A stretch of DNA of 64,000 bases from Octopus vulgaris (lineage: Eukaryota): NCBI GenBank assembly GCA_951406725.2, contig OX597830.1, positions 50,406,001 through 50,470,000 on the forward strand. The letters run 5' to 3'. The notes beneath the pieces are model-generated. The model saw only the letters and a program-made list of their open reading frames with translations. It had not been told where the DNA came from and did no database searches. Below, one piece after another: positions 1 to 13,190 of this stretch (position 1 is the first letter of the stretch; each line of letters starts with the position of its first letter). A program made the position numbers and the translations under genes.

Positions 1-922
1 GGGGTAGGCCACAATCAGTTATTCGGCATGATGGATTAAATGCTTTGGTTAAACAAAATCCAAGAACAAAGGTTCGAAAACTTTCATCGGAACTCCAAAC
101 ATCTCGCACAACTGTTTTTGGATACCTGTGAAAAATTGGAAGAGTCAAGAAAACAGATAGGTTTGTTCCACATCAACTGAACGAGATTAAAAAAAAAAAA
201 AACAGACGCCTCGAAGTGTGTTCCTTTCTCAACCGGAAAAAGCCCATTTTTGCATCAAATCATTACTTGTGATGAGAAATGGATACTCTTTGACAACATC
301 AAGAGAACAGGACAGTGATTAGATGCAGGAGAGTTACCTAAACACTACCCAAACCGACCATTGCACCCTAAAAAGCTAATGGTCACTGTATGGTGGTCTG
401 CGAAGTGAGTTAATCATTATTCATTTTTTGCAAACAGGGAAAAACGGTAACAACAACATCGTATTGCCAGGAAAATTGATTGTATGCATGAGAATTTGAA
501 AAAGAAGCAGCCCAGACTAACGAACAGAGATGGTGCAATTTTGCTCCACGACAATGCACGTCCTCACACTCCTCAAGTTACGGCACAAATGTTGTAAGGC
601 CTGAATTATGAGATTTTGCAACATCCTCCCTATTCCGCTGATATCTCTCCAACTGATCCTCACTTATTTAAGCATTTTGAGTTTTTCGTAAGCAATAAAA
701 CATTCTTAATTAGAGAAGAGTCAATTGAAGCATTCGGACAGTTTATCACAGCAAAAGATGAGTTTTTTTTTAAAGATGGAATATATGACACAGAGAAACG
801 TTGGGTAAATGTCATAAATGAACATGGATTATACTTTGATTAAATAAATCAGTTCCCTAACACTTCTGAAACATTTTATTGTTACCTTTCAAATACGACA
901 TTTCATGTGAAACAACGTAATA
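1..922 (+). mobile_element. Degenerate mariner (DD34D-type) transposon, left end outside window; transposase pseudogene
   Basis: Motifs ITCDEKWILFDN (~262-297), LHPKKLMVTVWWS (361-399), LLHDNARPH (541-567) and HPPYSADISPTD (ORF 616-843), with stops and frameshifts. Mariner-like right end ...AACAACGTAA followed by TA at 921-922. Confidence 0.9.
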
Positions 923-1018
923 CATATGAACTTGTTGCAGTGCTTTCCCGGTCGCAACAACAGAATGAGTTGGTGTGACAGTAATAACATATTTTGAAGG
1001 AATATTCCGTACATATAA

Positions 1019-1185
1019 GCGCAGGAATGGTTGCGTGTTAAGTAGCTTGCTTACGAACCACATGGTTCCGGGTTCAGTCCCACTGCGTGGCACCTTGGAC
1101 AAGTGTCTTCTGCTATAGCCTCGGACCAACCAAAACCTTGTGAGTGGATTTGGCAGACGGAAACTGAAAGAAGCCCGTCGTATAC

Positions 1186-1223
<38 letters not shown>

Positions 1224-1428
1224 ATATGTTTGTGTGTCTGTGTTTGTGCCCCCAACATCGCTGGTGTGTTTACGTTCCAGTAACTTAGCGGTTCGGCAAA
1301 AGAGACCGATAGAATAAGTACTAGGCTTACAAAGAATAAGTCCTGGGGGTCGATTTGCTCGACTAAAGACAGTGCTCCAGTATGGCCGCAGTCAAATGAC
1401 TGAAACAAGTAAAAGAGTAAAAGAGTAT
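1019..1428 (+). mobile_element. tRNA-derived SINE, family A (internal TA/TG microsatellite, CR1-like tail)
   Basis: A/B-box-like head (…GTTAAGTAGC…GGTTCAGTCCC); body matches copies at 50.3, 54.8 and 56.2 kb; tail ...GGCCGCAGTCAAATGACTGAAACAAGTAAAAGAG. Confidence 0.88.
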
Positions 1429-1649
1429 TTGTTTGTAGCTTGTTGATGTGTAACAGCAGAGACATCAGCATGGTGCCGAATTCTTCAAGGCATTTGCTCA
1501 TTAATGGCACATCGCAATGATTCGGCAACTAGATAACAATTTCCTTTATTCTACGTTTGTTTTGAATATGTTATCGTGGCTCTAAATGGTATTTAACATA
1601 CACATATAGATCACCTTTACGTTTTGGTAATTTAACAGCTGGGGGGAAA

Positions 1650-2020
1650 TTTTGATAATGATAATAATCGTGGTGGTTATGGTTTCGCTAAAAATGATGA
1701 TTATGATAATAATGATCATCATCTTCATTATCATTGTGGTGGTCATGTTGATTACGATGATGATGATGATGATGATGATGATGAGGATGACGACGACGAT
1801 GATGGTGATTATGATGATGGTGGTGGTCATGGTGATGGTGCTGTAGTGTTGATGACTGCTGACAGTAGTGGTAGTGAAAGCGATGTTAGCGAAGGTGATG
1901 AATATGATAGAGATGATGACGGCGATAATGTTTGTGATGTTGATGATGATGATGATGATGATGATGACGATGGTGATGATGATGATGATGATGATGTTGA
2001 TGATGATGATGATGATGGTC

Positions 2021-2055
<35 letters not shown>

Positions 2056-2290
2056 AATGATGATGATGATGAAGATGATGATGACGATGACAGCGGGGTT
2101 TGGTAGTGATAGTGGTGGTAGCATTGATAGTGATTCTAGTGTTCACAATGGCGGTAAGTATGATCGTGATGGCAAGTAGTGATCATTATAATAACGATAA
2201 CGATGATGATGATGATGATGATGACAACAACGACGGCGACGAATGACGACAACGGTGATGATGATGATGATGATGTTGATGATGATCATA
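1650..2290. repeat. Compound (GAT/GAC/GGT)n trinucleotide microsatellite
   Basis: Read directly; explains the poly-M/D/I/H ORFs. Confidence 0.95.
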
Positions 2291-2519
2291 ATGAAGCTAT
2301 CGTTATTTATCGACACATTACATTTTCGCGAGTGCCACGTGATCAGCAATTCAGACAATAGAATGACTTAAGCTCCTACCGCTGCTGTTGGTGCTGTTGG
2401 TGCTGCTGCTGCTACCGTTGATTTTGTTTTTGTTGCTGTTGATGTTAAATAACGTTATACATTATTGCAAAGAACCACGTGATTAATAGTTCTGATAACG
2501 GAATTCTCTCTCTTAGATA

Positions 2520-2766
2520 GGTGCATACATATGTATGTGTGTTTATGTGTGTATATATATATGTGTGTGTGTATGTGTGCGTGTTTGTGTGTATGTATAC
2601 ATACATAAACACATGCATAGAATCCTAAACAGATACACACGTTATTACGTAGTAATACGTATGTATATATATATATATATATACACATATACATATATAT
2701 ATACGTAACTCAATACGTATATATATATATATATATATATACGTAACTCAATACGTATACACACAT

Positions 2767-2830
<64 letters not shown>

Positions 2831-2962
2831 ACGTAATACTGAATACGCCACACACAGACATACACCACACACACACGCAGAAACACGTACGCACACATAC
2901 ACATACACATACACACACGCACACACGCCCACACGCACGCACATACATCATACTCACACACA
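2520..2962. repeat. Compound (TA)n/(CA)n/(TG)n microsatellite with repeated TACGTAACTCAATACGTA spacer
   Basis: Read directly; the spacer occurs twice (~2702-2719, ~2740-2757). Confidence 0.85.
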
Positions 2963-3059
2963 TCAGTACATGCGCAATCTGGTAATAAAAGTGTTGATTA
3001 AATATACAAGTTTCTTATCGTTTTTGCTCCGAAATAAATTATTCTCGGTAGAGACAGAG

Positions 3060-3124
3060 CAACACCAACAACACACATCGACAGCAGCAACAAAACTGCA
3101 GCAGTAATAACAAAAGCAGCAACA

Positions 3125-3164
<40 letters not shown>

Positions 3165-3708
3165 CAACAACAATTGCAGCAATAAACCAATACAGCAACA
3201 AGCACACAAATTCCACATAAAAGCCACATAAAGAAGAAATAAATGGCTGAAGGGTATTTATATATCTTGATATTATTTCAGAAAATGGCGACATGTCGGA
3301 GAGGGCTGACACCTTCACTGGCTTCTTAGTCTTCAGTGATCGACGCCGTCTTCTTCTTCTCCATATTCTTCTTCTTCTTCTTCTTCTTCTTCTTCTTCTT
3401 CTTCTTCTTCTTCTTCTTCTTCTTCTTCTTCTTCTTCTTCTTCTCCTCCTTCTCCTCCTCCTCCTCCTCCTCCTTCTTCTTCTTCTTCTTCTTCTTCTTC
3501 TTCTTTTTTTTCTTCTTGTTCTTGTTCTTGTTCTTCTTGTTCTTCTTGTTCTTCTTGCTGTTTCTTTTTCTTCGTCTTCTTTTTTCTTTCATTTTCGTTC
3601 TTTATTCTTCTTCCTCTTCTTTTTTATTCGCTCTATCTTCTCTTCTTCTTTCCTCCCCATCCCCGTCCTCCTAGTCGTCTCGTATTTCTCCTCTCGCCCT
3701 CCTCCTCT

Positions 3709-3764
<56 letters not shown>

Positions 3765-3980
3765 TTCTTTCTTCATTTTTTTTCTTTTTTATTCCGTTCT
3801 TTTTTTTTCTTTTCATCATTCTTCTTTTTCTTTATTTCTTCCTCTTCCTCTCATCCTTCACCCTTGTGGCAAATAAATGAAATCCTCTTCCTCCTCCTCC
3901 TCATCATCATCATCATCATCACCACCACCACCACCACCACCACCATCATCAACATTATTATTATTATTATTATTATTATT
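3060..3980. repeat. Cluster of (CAG/CAA)n, (TTC)n, (CTA)n, (CAC)n and (TTA)n microsatellites
   Basis: Read directly. Confidence 0.95.
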
Positions 3981-4130
3981 GAGTGAGAGAGCAGTGCATG
4001 CCATCAAAGTGACACTGGGGTACAAATATACGAAGCCCAGTATACCCATCATGACTACCCGTCTGATAAGGGTACACCAGGCACATGCATCACAACCATA
4101 TGTGCGTGACATGGTGATCTCAACAGAATA
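3981..4130 (-). mobile_element. Short 3'-end copy of a (TAA)n-embedded non-coding interspersed repeat
   Basis: Near-identical to the first ~140 nt of 4211-4712 and to the reverse complement of ~35245-35383; flanked by (TTA)n on both sides. Confidence 0.8.
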
Positions 4131-4161
4131 AACATATTATTATTATTATTATTATTATTAA

Positions 4162-4210
<49 letters not shown>

Positions 4211-4712
4211 GAATGAGAGAGCATTGCATGCCATCAAAGTGACAGTGGGGTAAAATATACGAAGCTCAATACACCCATCATGACTACCCGTCTGATAAAG
4301 GTAGACCAAACATATGCATCACAACCATGTGTGCGCGACATGGTGATCTCATACCAAGATAAACAGCGCATGACATTGCAGGTGGGGCCCAGTTAGAATT
4401 TTCGAGTAACCCACCCGATTAAAAGGGTTGTTTAAGGATGTTCAAACCCCAAAGAATCCCTCGCATCACATGGCTACGATGCTCCCCCCCACTACTTCTG
4501 CTCATGATCAGAGATGCACATATCGTCAGCCACTAAAGGACATACTCAACTGGTTAAGGTCAAACAACTGACAAGCAAATCTGTGGTATTGAGCAGAATA
4601 TTTGCTGTAGCCCATCTTTTATACCAAGACAAAACAATGTACATGATAACACTTCCAATCAGTTAAGATCAGAAGCCACGAGAGCCACTGCCTGGTACTG
4701 TATCAGGGCATT
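4211..4712 (-). mobile_element. ~500-bp (TAA)n-embedded non-coding interspersed repeat (putative non-autonomous retroposon)
   Basis: Reverse-complement copy at 34906-35383 and internal fragment at 46570-46719; sits between (TTA)n and (TTC)n/(TTA)n runs. Confidence 0.8.
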
Positions 4713-5100
<388 letters not shown>

Positions 5101-5625
5101 GTTGTTCTTAGTATTGTTATCGTAGTTGTTCTCGTAGTATTACTGCTGTTGTTGCTGTTGATGTTGTAGTTCTCAGTGGTGTTGTAGTTGTTGTTGTTTG
5201 TAATATTGATATCGTTAGTGTTATCGTTTTCTTAATGTTGTTTTTATTTTTGGCTGCTAGTGTTGTTGTTGTTGTCGTTGTTGGCGGTGGAGTTGGTTCT
5301 GTTATTGTTGTTGTTGTTCAATTCCAGCTTTACCTTCCTTCACCAATCTTACGATGAAACCGACATTCCAGCCTTGACTTCCCAGATTACATTATCCAAT
5401 CTATCTTCCTTGTTTTGAATATTAGACGAAGGGGATTTGGCTGCTGTTTCTACCTAAATAGTCGACTGCCTTATTTTGCTATCGTACTCCCCGTTTTTTG
5501 TTGTTATTGTTTTTGTTGCTATGACAACTGTATTATTCTGCTTCATGCTGTTGCTGACGTTGTTGATGTTTCGTCAATTTTCCTCAATTTTCTGCCACCG
5601 TCTGACAGCAACAACAGCAAGTGGA

Positions 5626-6005
5626 GGCGCCAATGGCCCAATGGTTAGGGCAGCGGACTCGCGGTCGGAGGATCGCTGTTTCGATTCCCAGACTGGGCGT
5701 TGCGTGTGTTTATTGAGCTAAAACACCTAAAGCTCCACGAGGCTCTGACAGGGGATGGTGGCGAACCCTGCTGTATTCTTTCTCTCACCACAACTTTCTC
5801 TCACTCTTTCTTCCTGCTTCTGTTGTACCCATATTTCAAAGGGCCAGCCTTGTCACACTCTGTGTCACGCTGAGCACTCCACAGACACGTTAAGGGTACA
5901 CGTGTCTGTGGAGTGCTTAGCCACTTGCACGTTAATTTGACGAGCAGGCTGTTCCGTTGATCGGCTCAACTGGAACCCTCGTCGTCGTAACCGACGGAGT
6001 GCCAT
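5626..6005 (+). mobile_element. tRNA-derived SINE, family C
   Basis: Head TGGCCCAATGGTTAGG…GTTTCGATTCCC (A/B box); body and tail (…CGTAACCGACGGAGTGC) match 16719-17095 and 18438-18772. Confidence 0.88.
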
Positions 6006-6026
6006 TCATGTATGCATGTATGTATG

Positions 6027-6057
<31 letters not shown>

Positions 6058-6169
6058 GTTTCGTGAAATGGCCATACTCGATAGCGAGGGGGCAGCCATA
6101 ATATATATATATGTATGTATGCGTGCATGTATGTATGTGAATGTATGTGTCCTCATACGTATGTGTCCT

Positions 6170-6305
6170 CATACGTTCAACAAGACGGACCGATAAAATA
6201 AATGTCACTCATTAAAAGCAAAAAATAAGTACCGAGGTCAACGTTCAACTAAATCTTTTCAAGGTCGTGCCCCAGCATGACCGCACTTCAATGACTGAAA
6301 CAAGT
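6170..6305 (+). mobile_element. Degenerate 3' part of SINE family A
   Basis: AAGGTCGTGCCCCAGCATGACCGCACTTCAATGACTGAAACAAG resembles the family A tail. Confidence 0.65.
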
Positions 6306-6309
6306 TAGA

Positions 6310-6615
6310 TATGTTTCTTTATTAGCCACACAGGGCTGCACACAGACAGAACAAATTACAAGGTAGAGCTTTTCTTTTGGGGGTAAAAAAGAGGGGGTTG
6401 GTTTTCGATCAAAAGGGATCGTAAAAGGAAAGAAAGAGGACAAAAAAAGGGGAGGATTTAAAAAAAGGTGGGGAGAGGGAAAAAAAAAGAAAAGGGGAGA
6501 GGGAAAAAAAAGTTGATCAATAGGGATCGTAATCACAGAAATGTCAATATGAAGTGTAAAGGGGATGACAGGTGAGGTTTACCCGTGGAAAGAAAAGCCT
6601 ACGGAAAAGACCACA
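6310..6615 (-). mobile_element. 3' UTR fragment of a LINE (Tx1/L1-like, inferred)
   Basis: Reverse complement starts TGTGGTCTTTTCCGTAGGCTTTTCTTTCCACGGGTAAACCTCACC and ends CCCTGTGTGGCTAATAAAGAAA; homologous to 53768-54004. Confidence 0.6.
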
Positions 6616-6897
6616 AGCCACATATAGTTAGCGGGGTGCTAATGAATTATTTGTGTAATTGTAAGTTAGTATATGTATACGTTTGTATATGTATGTATGC
6701 AGTCATGCATACCTCATTACGTGTACCCCTAGATACCCAGGTACATAAACACGTTTATAGAAATATTTGTTCGAACGATACAGAAATATTTTTGCATGAT
6801 TTCCCCTGATTACCTGTATCTTCTTAAATTTGTATTACTGGGGAGGTGTGCGTTTTATCATTTCTGCATACCTTTTTATCTTTATAAACGCGTGCAT

Positions 6898-6973
<76 letters not shown>

Positions 6974-7729
6974 TTCTCTCTTTCTCTCTCTATATATATA
7001 TTTATGTTTGTGTGTGTGTGTGTGTATACATGCGTTATATATGCGTGTGTATTTATAAGGATATATATGTAGATAATATATATATATGCACACATATATA
7101 TATATGAATATATATAGATATGCATATACAAGCACACATATACATTGACAAACATACATATATACATACATGTGTATACTTATACATACATATGCCTACA
7201 CAAACATATATATATGTACATTTGTGTATATATATATATATACATACACACGCGCACACACACATACGCACACACATATATATATATACATACATATACA
7301 TGCATACATGCAAAAATCTGTGTGTGTGTGTGTGTATGTGTGTGTGTGTGTGTTTGTGTGTATTCATAATTCATGGGATCTCATGCAAATCTGCCAGAAT
7401 TCTTCATGCTCACCATAACTTGTGAAGGCATTTTACCAAATCAGAATCGTTTTCTATGAGTCGAGAATTCCAGAAAGATCTAGTTCTATTAAAAGAGAAT
7501 CGGTAGGCGATCAGATAACATCAAGGTTAATGCCTTTATGTACGCCATCGAACGGAGCATCACCAAACCTCTATCATTACATTATTGCACAGCATAACAC
7601 TATACATCATTCAAACCTACGAGGGGTTTTATGAACTTACTATACCTGCTAGAAAGAAGAGCCTGCCCTCGCTCAAATTTACGTGTTATAGTGTTAAAAG
7701 AAAAGGAAAGTCACATTTGGATGAAAACA

Positions 7730-8572
7730 GGTAAAGTTTCCCTCCCAAGTTATATAGACTGATAGGGTTTCCATGGTTGATATTATTCTCCACTTAGACG
7801 GGACACGAAAGTTTTCCCATGAGAGTTCCGGACCCCGGTAATGAACTCATTTGCATACAGCCAATCAGAGCTCACCTTGCCCTTGTTGACAAGTTAACAA
7901 AAACATTGTATCAAGAAAACTCAAGACGAAGAACGGTGTTGTAAATCGACCGATCGCCAAGTTATGCCTGGTTTTAGAAAGAGACAATTAGATAGATTTG
8001 CATCTATACCTATTATCGGAATTTGTTATGGGCCCCATGTGGTAAAGATGTGGATGGGATAAATGTGGGTAGAGGGTGATGTGCTAGCAACCATTTCTTC
8101 TTACTGTTTTACAAAGTGAACAATAACACAAATAACTACGCAGAGGCAGTCATGTTTGAAAAAAGAACAAGAAGCGTTATTAAAAGAGAAAAGAAGAACG
8201 GTCATTCCTTATCCAAGTGACCTTGTCTTATCGCCCATCACTTGTTATACTCATAAATTAGTTTGATAGTTGAGGTCTGATTGGCTGTATGCAAATGAGC
8301 TTATAACTGGGGTTCTGAACTCTCGTGGGTCTGATTGGCTGTATGCAAATGAGCTTATAACGGGGGTCCGGAACTCTCGTGGGGAAAAAAATTCGCTGAC
8401 GGGACGCCGGTCCGTCGTAGGATTATTCAATTTTTACCAGCTGAGTGGACTGGAGTAACGGAAAATGAAGTGTTTTGTCCAAGAACACAACGGATCACCC
8501 GATCCAGGAATCGAAACAACAATCTTACGATCATAAGTTCAACACACTAACCATTAAACCACGCGCCTCCAC
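7730..8572 (-). mobile_element. Old tRNA-derived SINE split by the MITE at 7805-8397
   Basis: Minus-strand head (GGAGGCGCGTGGTTTAATGGTTAG…GTTTCGATTCCTGG) at ~8500-8572; central GTGTTCTTGGACAAAACACTT shared with family D (63.1-63.6 kb); remainder at 7730-7804. Confidence 0.65.
7805..8397. mobile_element. MITE / non-autonomous DNA transposon with ~60-bp TIRs and a 6-8-bp target-site duplication
   Basis: Left end ACGAAAGTTTTCCCATGAGAGTTCCGGACCCC…ATTTGCATACAGCCAATCAGA is inverted at the right end (8328-8397). GACGGGAC is repeated at 7797-7804 and 8398-8405. The inner right TIR is tandemly duplicated (54-bp unit). Confidence 0.8.
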
Positions 8573-9209
8573 TCATGTTTGGATTAGTGAAATCAAAAAA
8601 GAGATGGTCATAGGTAGGATGAACCTGAGCTATGACAAACACCACCACCAACAACAACGTTAATAAAAGCAATAACAACACCAACAACAACAACAACAAC
8701 AAAAAACAAAAGCATCAACTCTGTTGTGAACTGACTTGTTCAGAGGTAAGCTCATAACACCATTTCTCCGAAGGTTTCCTCAGAAAATATTGAAATACAA
8801 GGTAAGAGTCGACTTGTACTGTTATTAATAACTCATATTGTTTTGGTTTAAACAAATAAAAATATTTATTTATATTCGAAAATGTTTCTTGCAGACCAAA
8901 CAACTGTATTTCCAATGCAATTTTAACCTGTGCAGAAGACGTTACTCTATAATAGACATATATATTTCAGCTCAAAGAAGCTCTAGAACTGAAGATTACT
9001 ACAAGTTTACCAATTCCAGTGAGAATCCCTATTGTAATGAAAGACAAATAAGTTCGAGCATGAAATCATGAAGTTTGTTGAGGAATCAAAGTTTATGAAA
9101 TCTTTTGATATTTATGTGGAACATGTGAAAATATAAAATAAAGACAGACATTGCCAAGTGAAATACCGAAACTTTAGATGAAAGGAAAGGAAAAAAAAAC
9201 CCACAGTCC

Positions 9210-9254
<45 letters not shown>

Positions 9255-9881
9255 AAGGAGAAATAAAAATAAAATAAAAAGAAATAAAAAAGCAAAGCAA
9301 AACTTTTGTAATTGATTCTAAAAGTTCAGCTTCACCTGGAGGAATTGTTTGGAATATTTGTTCAAGAACGAGCGATGCGAAAGATTCAAGAGAGAAAAAA
9401 AAAATATATATGAAAGATGAAAAAAAAATCATGAAGAAGAGTAAGAAAAAATCTAGAATATGAAAAGTAGAATGAACAACGAAATTAAGTTATGTTGGTG
9501 ATTCTTAAGCAGAAACCTTGTTTGTTAGAGATAATTCCTTACAGAAATAATGGTCATTTTATTGGGTTAAATAGCTAGTTTCGACTTTACTGCTATCAAA
9601 CTAAAAATGTTAGATCGGTTTTGAAACTTTTCCCTTGGGATTCAGATTAAAGCTAATAAAAGTGATATTATAAGCGCTGCCATGATTGATGTCATCCAAT
9701 TATCTTTGAAAAGCAGTCAACCGTCACAATTTGTGTGTATGTCCATGACTTTCTCACAGTGAATGAAGATTAGGTCCGGGGAGCGGCGGACGGACGTGGG
9801 TATGAGAAGAGATGTGTACACTTTCAAAGTCTTATGATGTGTGTGTGAATGTGTGTGTGTGAATGTGTGTGTGTGTGTGAG

Positions 9882-9918
<37 letters not shown>

Positions 9919-10854
9919 CTACTTATTTTTACAGTAGAATTAGCAGATTACATGATTGCTTGATTGTTCAAACATATACAGAGACATAGAGACGTATGTA
10001 GATTCACAGAGAACATATAGACACTATAAAACATATACAAATGCATATAGACACACGGACATATAGACATATATAAACATGTATAGAGATAAAGAGAAAT
10101 AGAGACGTGTGCAGATTTACAAAGAACATATAGACACGAACATATACAAACATATATAGACATAAAAGACATATATAAATATATAAATATTCATACATAT
10201 ACAGACTTATATAGACATATAGAGACATATTATATTATACAATACGTGGGGGTGTTTGAATACATGCAGCGCCTGCACAAAGTGTTGCATGAGTTCAATG
10301 CAGTGAGATGATGTCAGAATATATTTGTTTCAGTTGTGCAAACTTTTACTCACGAGTCGCATCCAGCCAACGCTCAAACGATTCCCGCTCTCTCACCAGC
10401 TGACTAACAGTGAAATATGGCGGCCAAATATTATTCTAGAATAAACATCACTGGAATATGAATTGCTGATTTCGACATTCCATCTCACACACGCACACAC
10501 ATACACACATGTACAGACATTCGTATGTGTAAGCGTATGAGTGTCTGAACATTTGTGAATGAGTCTATATATATGTGTGTGTGTGTGTGTGTTCGTGTGT
10601 GTGTCTATGTGTGCGTGCCCGTTCGTGTGTGTGTCAGTGTGTGTGTGAATCTATGCACTCTCACATATGCACTTACAGAGTTTACTGTATGTTCTTTTTT
10701 AAAAAATGCCACTGGTTAAGAAAAAGTACTCAATTCACCAAGTAGAGTCAATATATTTTTTAAATGAAAGCAATGAATCTTGCAAGACTTGCCTCGTTTC
10801 CTTCACTTTGATGAATTGTCAAATTACGTAGCGTTTACTGTTTTATATAAGAAT

Positions 10855-11635
10855 ATACATACATACATAATACATTCATACATACATACATACATACATA
10901 CATACATACATACATACATACATACATACATACATACATACATACATACATACATACACATAGGCACATGCATACATACATACATACATACATACATACA
11001 TACATACACACATAGGCACACACATACATACGTGCACACACACTTACATACAAATATACACACATATACATTCATGCATACATACAAACATGCATGCATG
11101 CATACATACCTACCTACATACATACATACAGACAGATGTATACATGCACAATTAATACACTCATGCATACGAATATACATATATACATACATACGTACAT
11201 ACGTACATACTTATATACATACATACTCAATCATACATACATGCATGCATGCATACATACATACATACATACATACATACATGCATACATACACATGTAT
11301 ACACACACAATTAATACACTTATGCATACGAACAGTTATATAGATACAAATGTATTGCGTAGATTCACACATATATACATGCTCACATAATGCATACATA
11401 CAGCCATACATGCACACATGCAAACACACATACATATGTACATATAGGAAACCATACACGCAGACATACATGCATACGCATACATACACATGAATACATA
11501 CGTTCATACTTAAACACATATATACATATATACACATGTAGATACATTTACATAGACATACAAACATACATATGTGCATTTATACATATGTACATTCATA
11601 CACACATACGTACGTGATATATACACACATGCACA
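10855..11635. repeat. Degenerate (CATA)n/(CA)n microsatellite
   Basis: Read directly. Confidence 0.9.
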
Positions 11636-11877
11636 TAATTATTTCCTTAGTTACTATAATTTATTAGTTTCTATTGCATATCCTTAATTTATACATGTGT
11701 ATGCAAATATAGTATTGGTATATCCCATTTATGTTCATTAGAAATTAAATAAATAATGTTGACATGTACGAATATTTATTTCCCCCCACTGTATATATAT
11801 AACTGCGAAAGATTTTGTTAAGCAGTGTCGATTTTTACAATTCTGTATAAATAATAATAATAATAATAATAGTATTT

Positions 11878-12373
<496 letters not shown>

Positions 12374-12375
12374 TA

Positions 12376-12747
12376 TGGGTTTTTCTTCTTCTTTCAAATT
12401 TGCTTCCATTTCTTGCCGAGTGTCTTCCCGACTTCTAGGGCAAAGAAACTCATAGTATACATTGGTAGGCCATTAAACTAAACTCATTAGTTCGTTCATT
12501 TTTTTTTTAATAGAAATAAAGTTAAATTAAAATACATGGGTAGTAATAGTTCTCACATCGACAATGCTCTTCTCAATACGTGTGATGTACCAGTTAAGAC
12601 AATCTTTTGCACTTCTTGCAGGGATGGTAAGCCAGGGATCATTCTCATATAATTTTCGGTTCCCTTCTTGATCATTCCTAGTGCTCCTACGATCACTGGT
12701 ATTGTAACCGCCTTGAGATGCCACATTTTCTCATTATTCTCAAAACA

Positions 12748-12748
<1 letters not shown>
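12376..12748 (-). mobile_element. R4/Dong-clade LINE 3' end (C-terminus plus 3' UTR) in (TAA)n
   Basis: EKMWHLKAVTIPVIVGALGMIKK…LQEVQKIVLTGTSHVLRRALSM* resembles the Dong/R4 C-terminus; (TTA)n on both flanks. Confidence 0.85.
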
Positions 12749-12783
<35 letters not shown>

Positions 12784-12849
12784 AATTCGATACTGCTTAA
12801 CACATTTCCTTCGCAGTAAATGCACATGAAAGTTTGTTTACAAAAACAA

Positions 12850-13036
12850 CACTACGAACTAATTATAGTTCTTAAATCGGAAAGAATGAAGCTGGTTGGT
12901 GCGCTAGTGTAATGGAAGCATTCTTGTCACGAAAACAAACGTAATTCTTTTCCCGTCGAAAGCTCATCTTGTCCCATTATTAGATTATTTTCTTTAGTCA
13001 TTGCGCGGTGATTGCTTATAAGCTTTAAGCTTATAA
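12850..13036 (+). repeat. Diverged inverted copy of 11878-12090
   Basis: CTACGAACTAATTATA…GGTTGGTGCGCTAGTGTA…CATTCTTGTC…TTATTAGA…GTCATTGC…TTAAGCTTATAA aligns to the reverse complement of 11878-12088. Confidence 0.75.
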
Positions 13037-13044
13037 TATATATG

Positions 13045-13190
13045 TGACCGCGTGTGTATCGTTGGCGATTTTTTTTCTTCCGTCTTTCCTTCCTTGGATC
13101 TTTCCTCTTCCTGTTTCTGACGAAAAGTTAAATCCTCCTTTCTTTCTTTTCTTGAGCTTCCAATAACACTATACTTGTTCCACGTCCTCT
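13045..13190 (+). mobile_element. Possible Penelope-like pLTR remnant with a deleted hammerhead core
   Basis: Pyrimidine tract then TTTCTGACGAAAAGTTAAA, which aligns with TTTCTGTTGAAGAGCGTAGGCTCGAAACGTTAAA at 28921 if stem II is deleted. Confidence 0.4.

Noticed and set aside
857-1528. 223-aa minus-strand ORF (and similar ORFs at 50439, 54263, 54840, 56236)
   Set aside because: Antisense read-through of SINE family A; the same pseudo-peptide recurs at each SINE copy.
7985-8065. Peptide PIIGICYG resembling the GMP synthase glutaminase motif
   Set aside because: Eight-residue match inside a MITE, followed by a stop within 10 codons and with no other similarity; probably chance.
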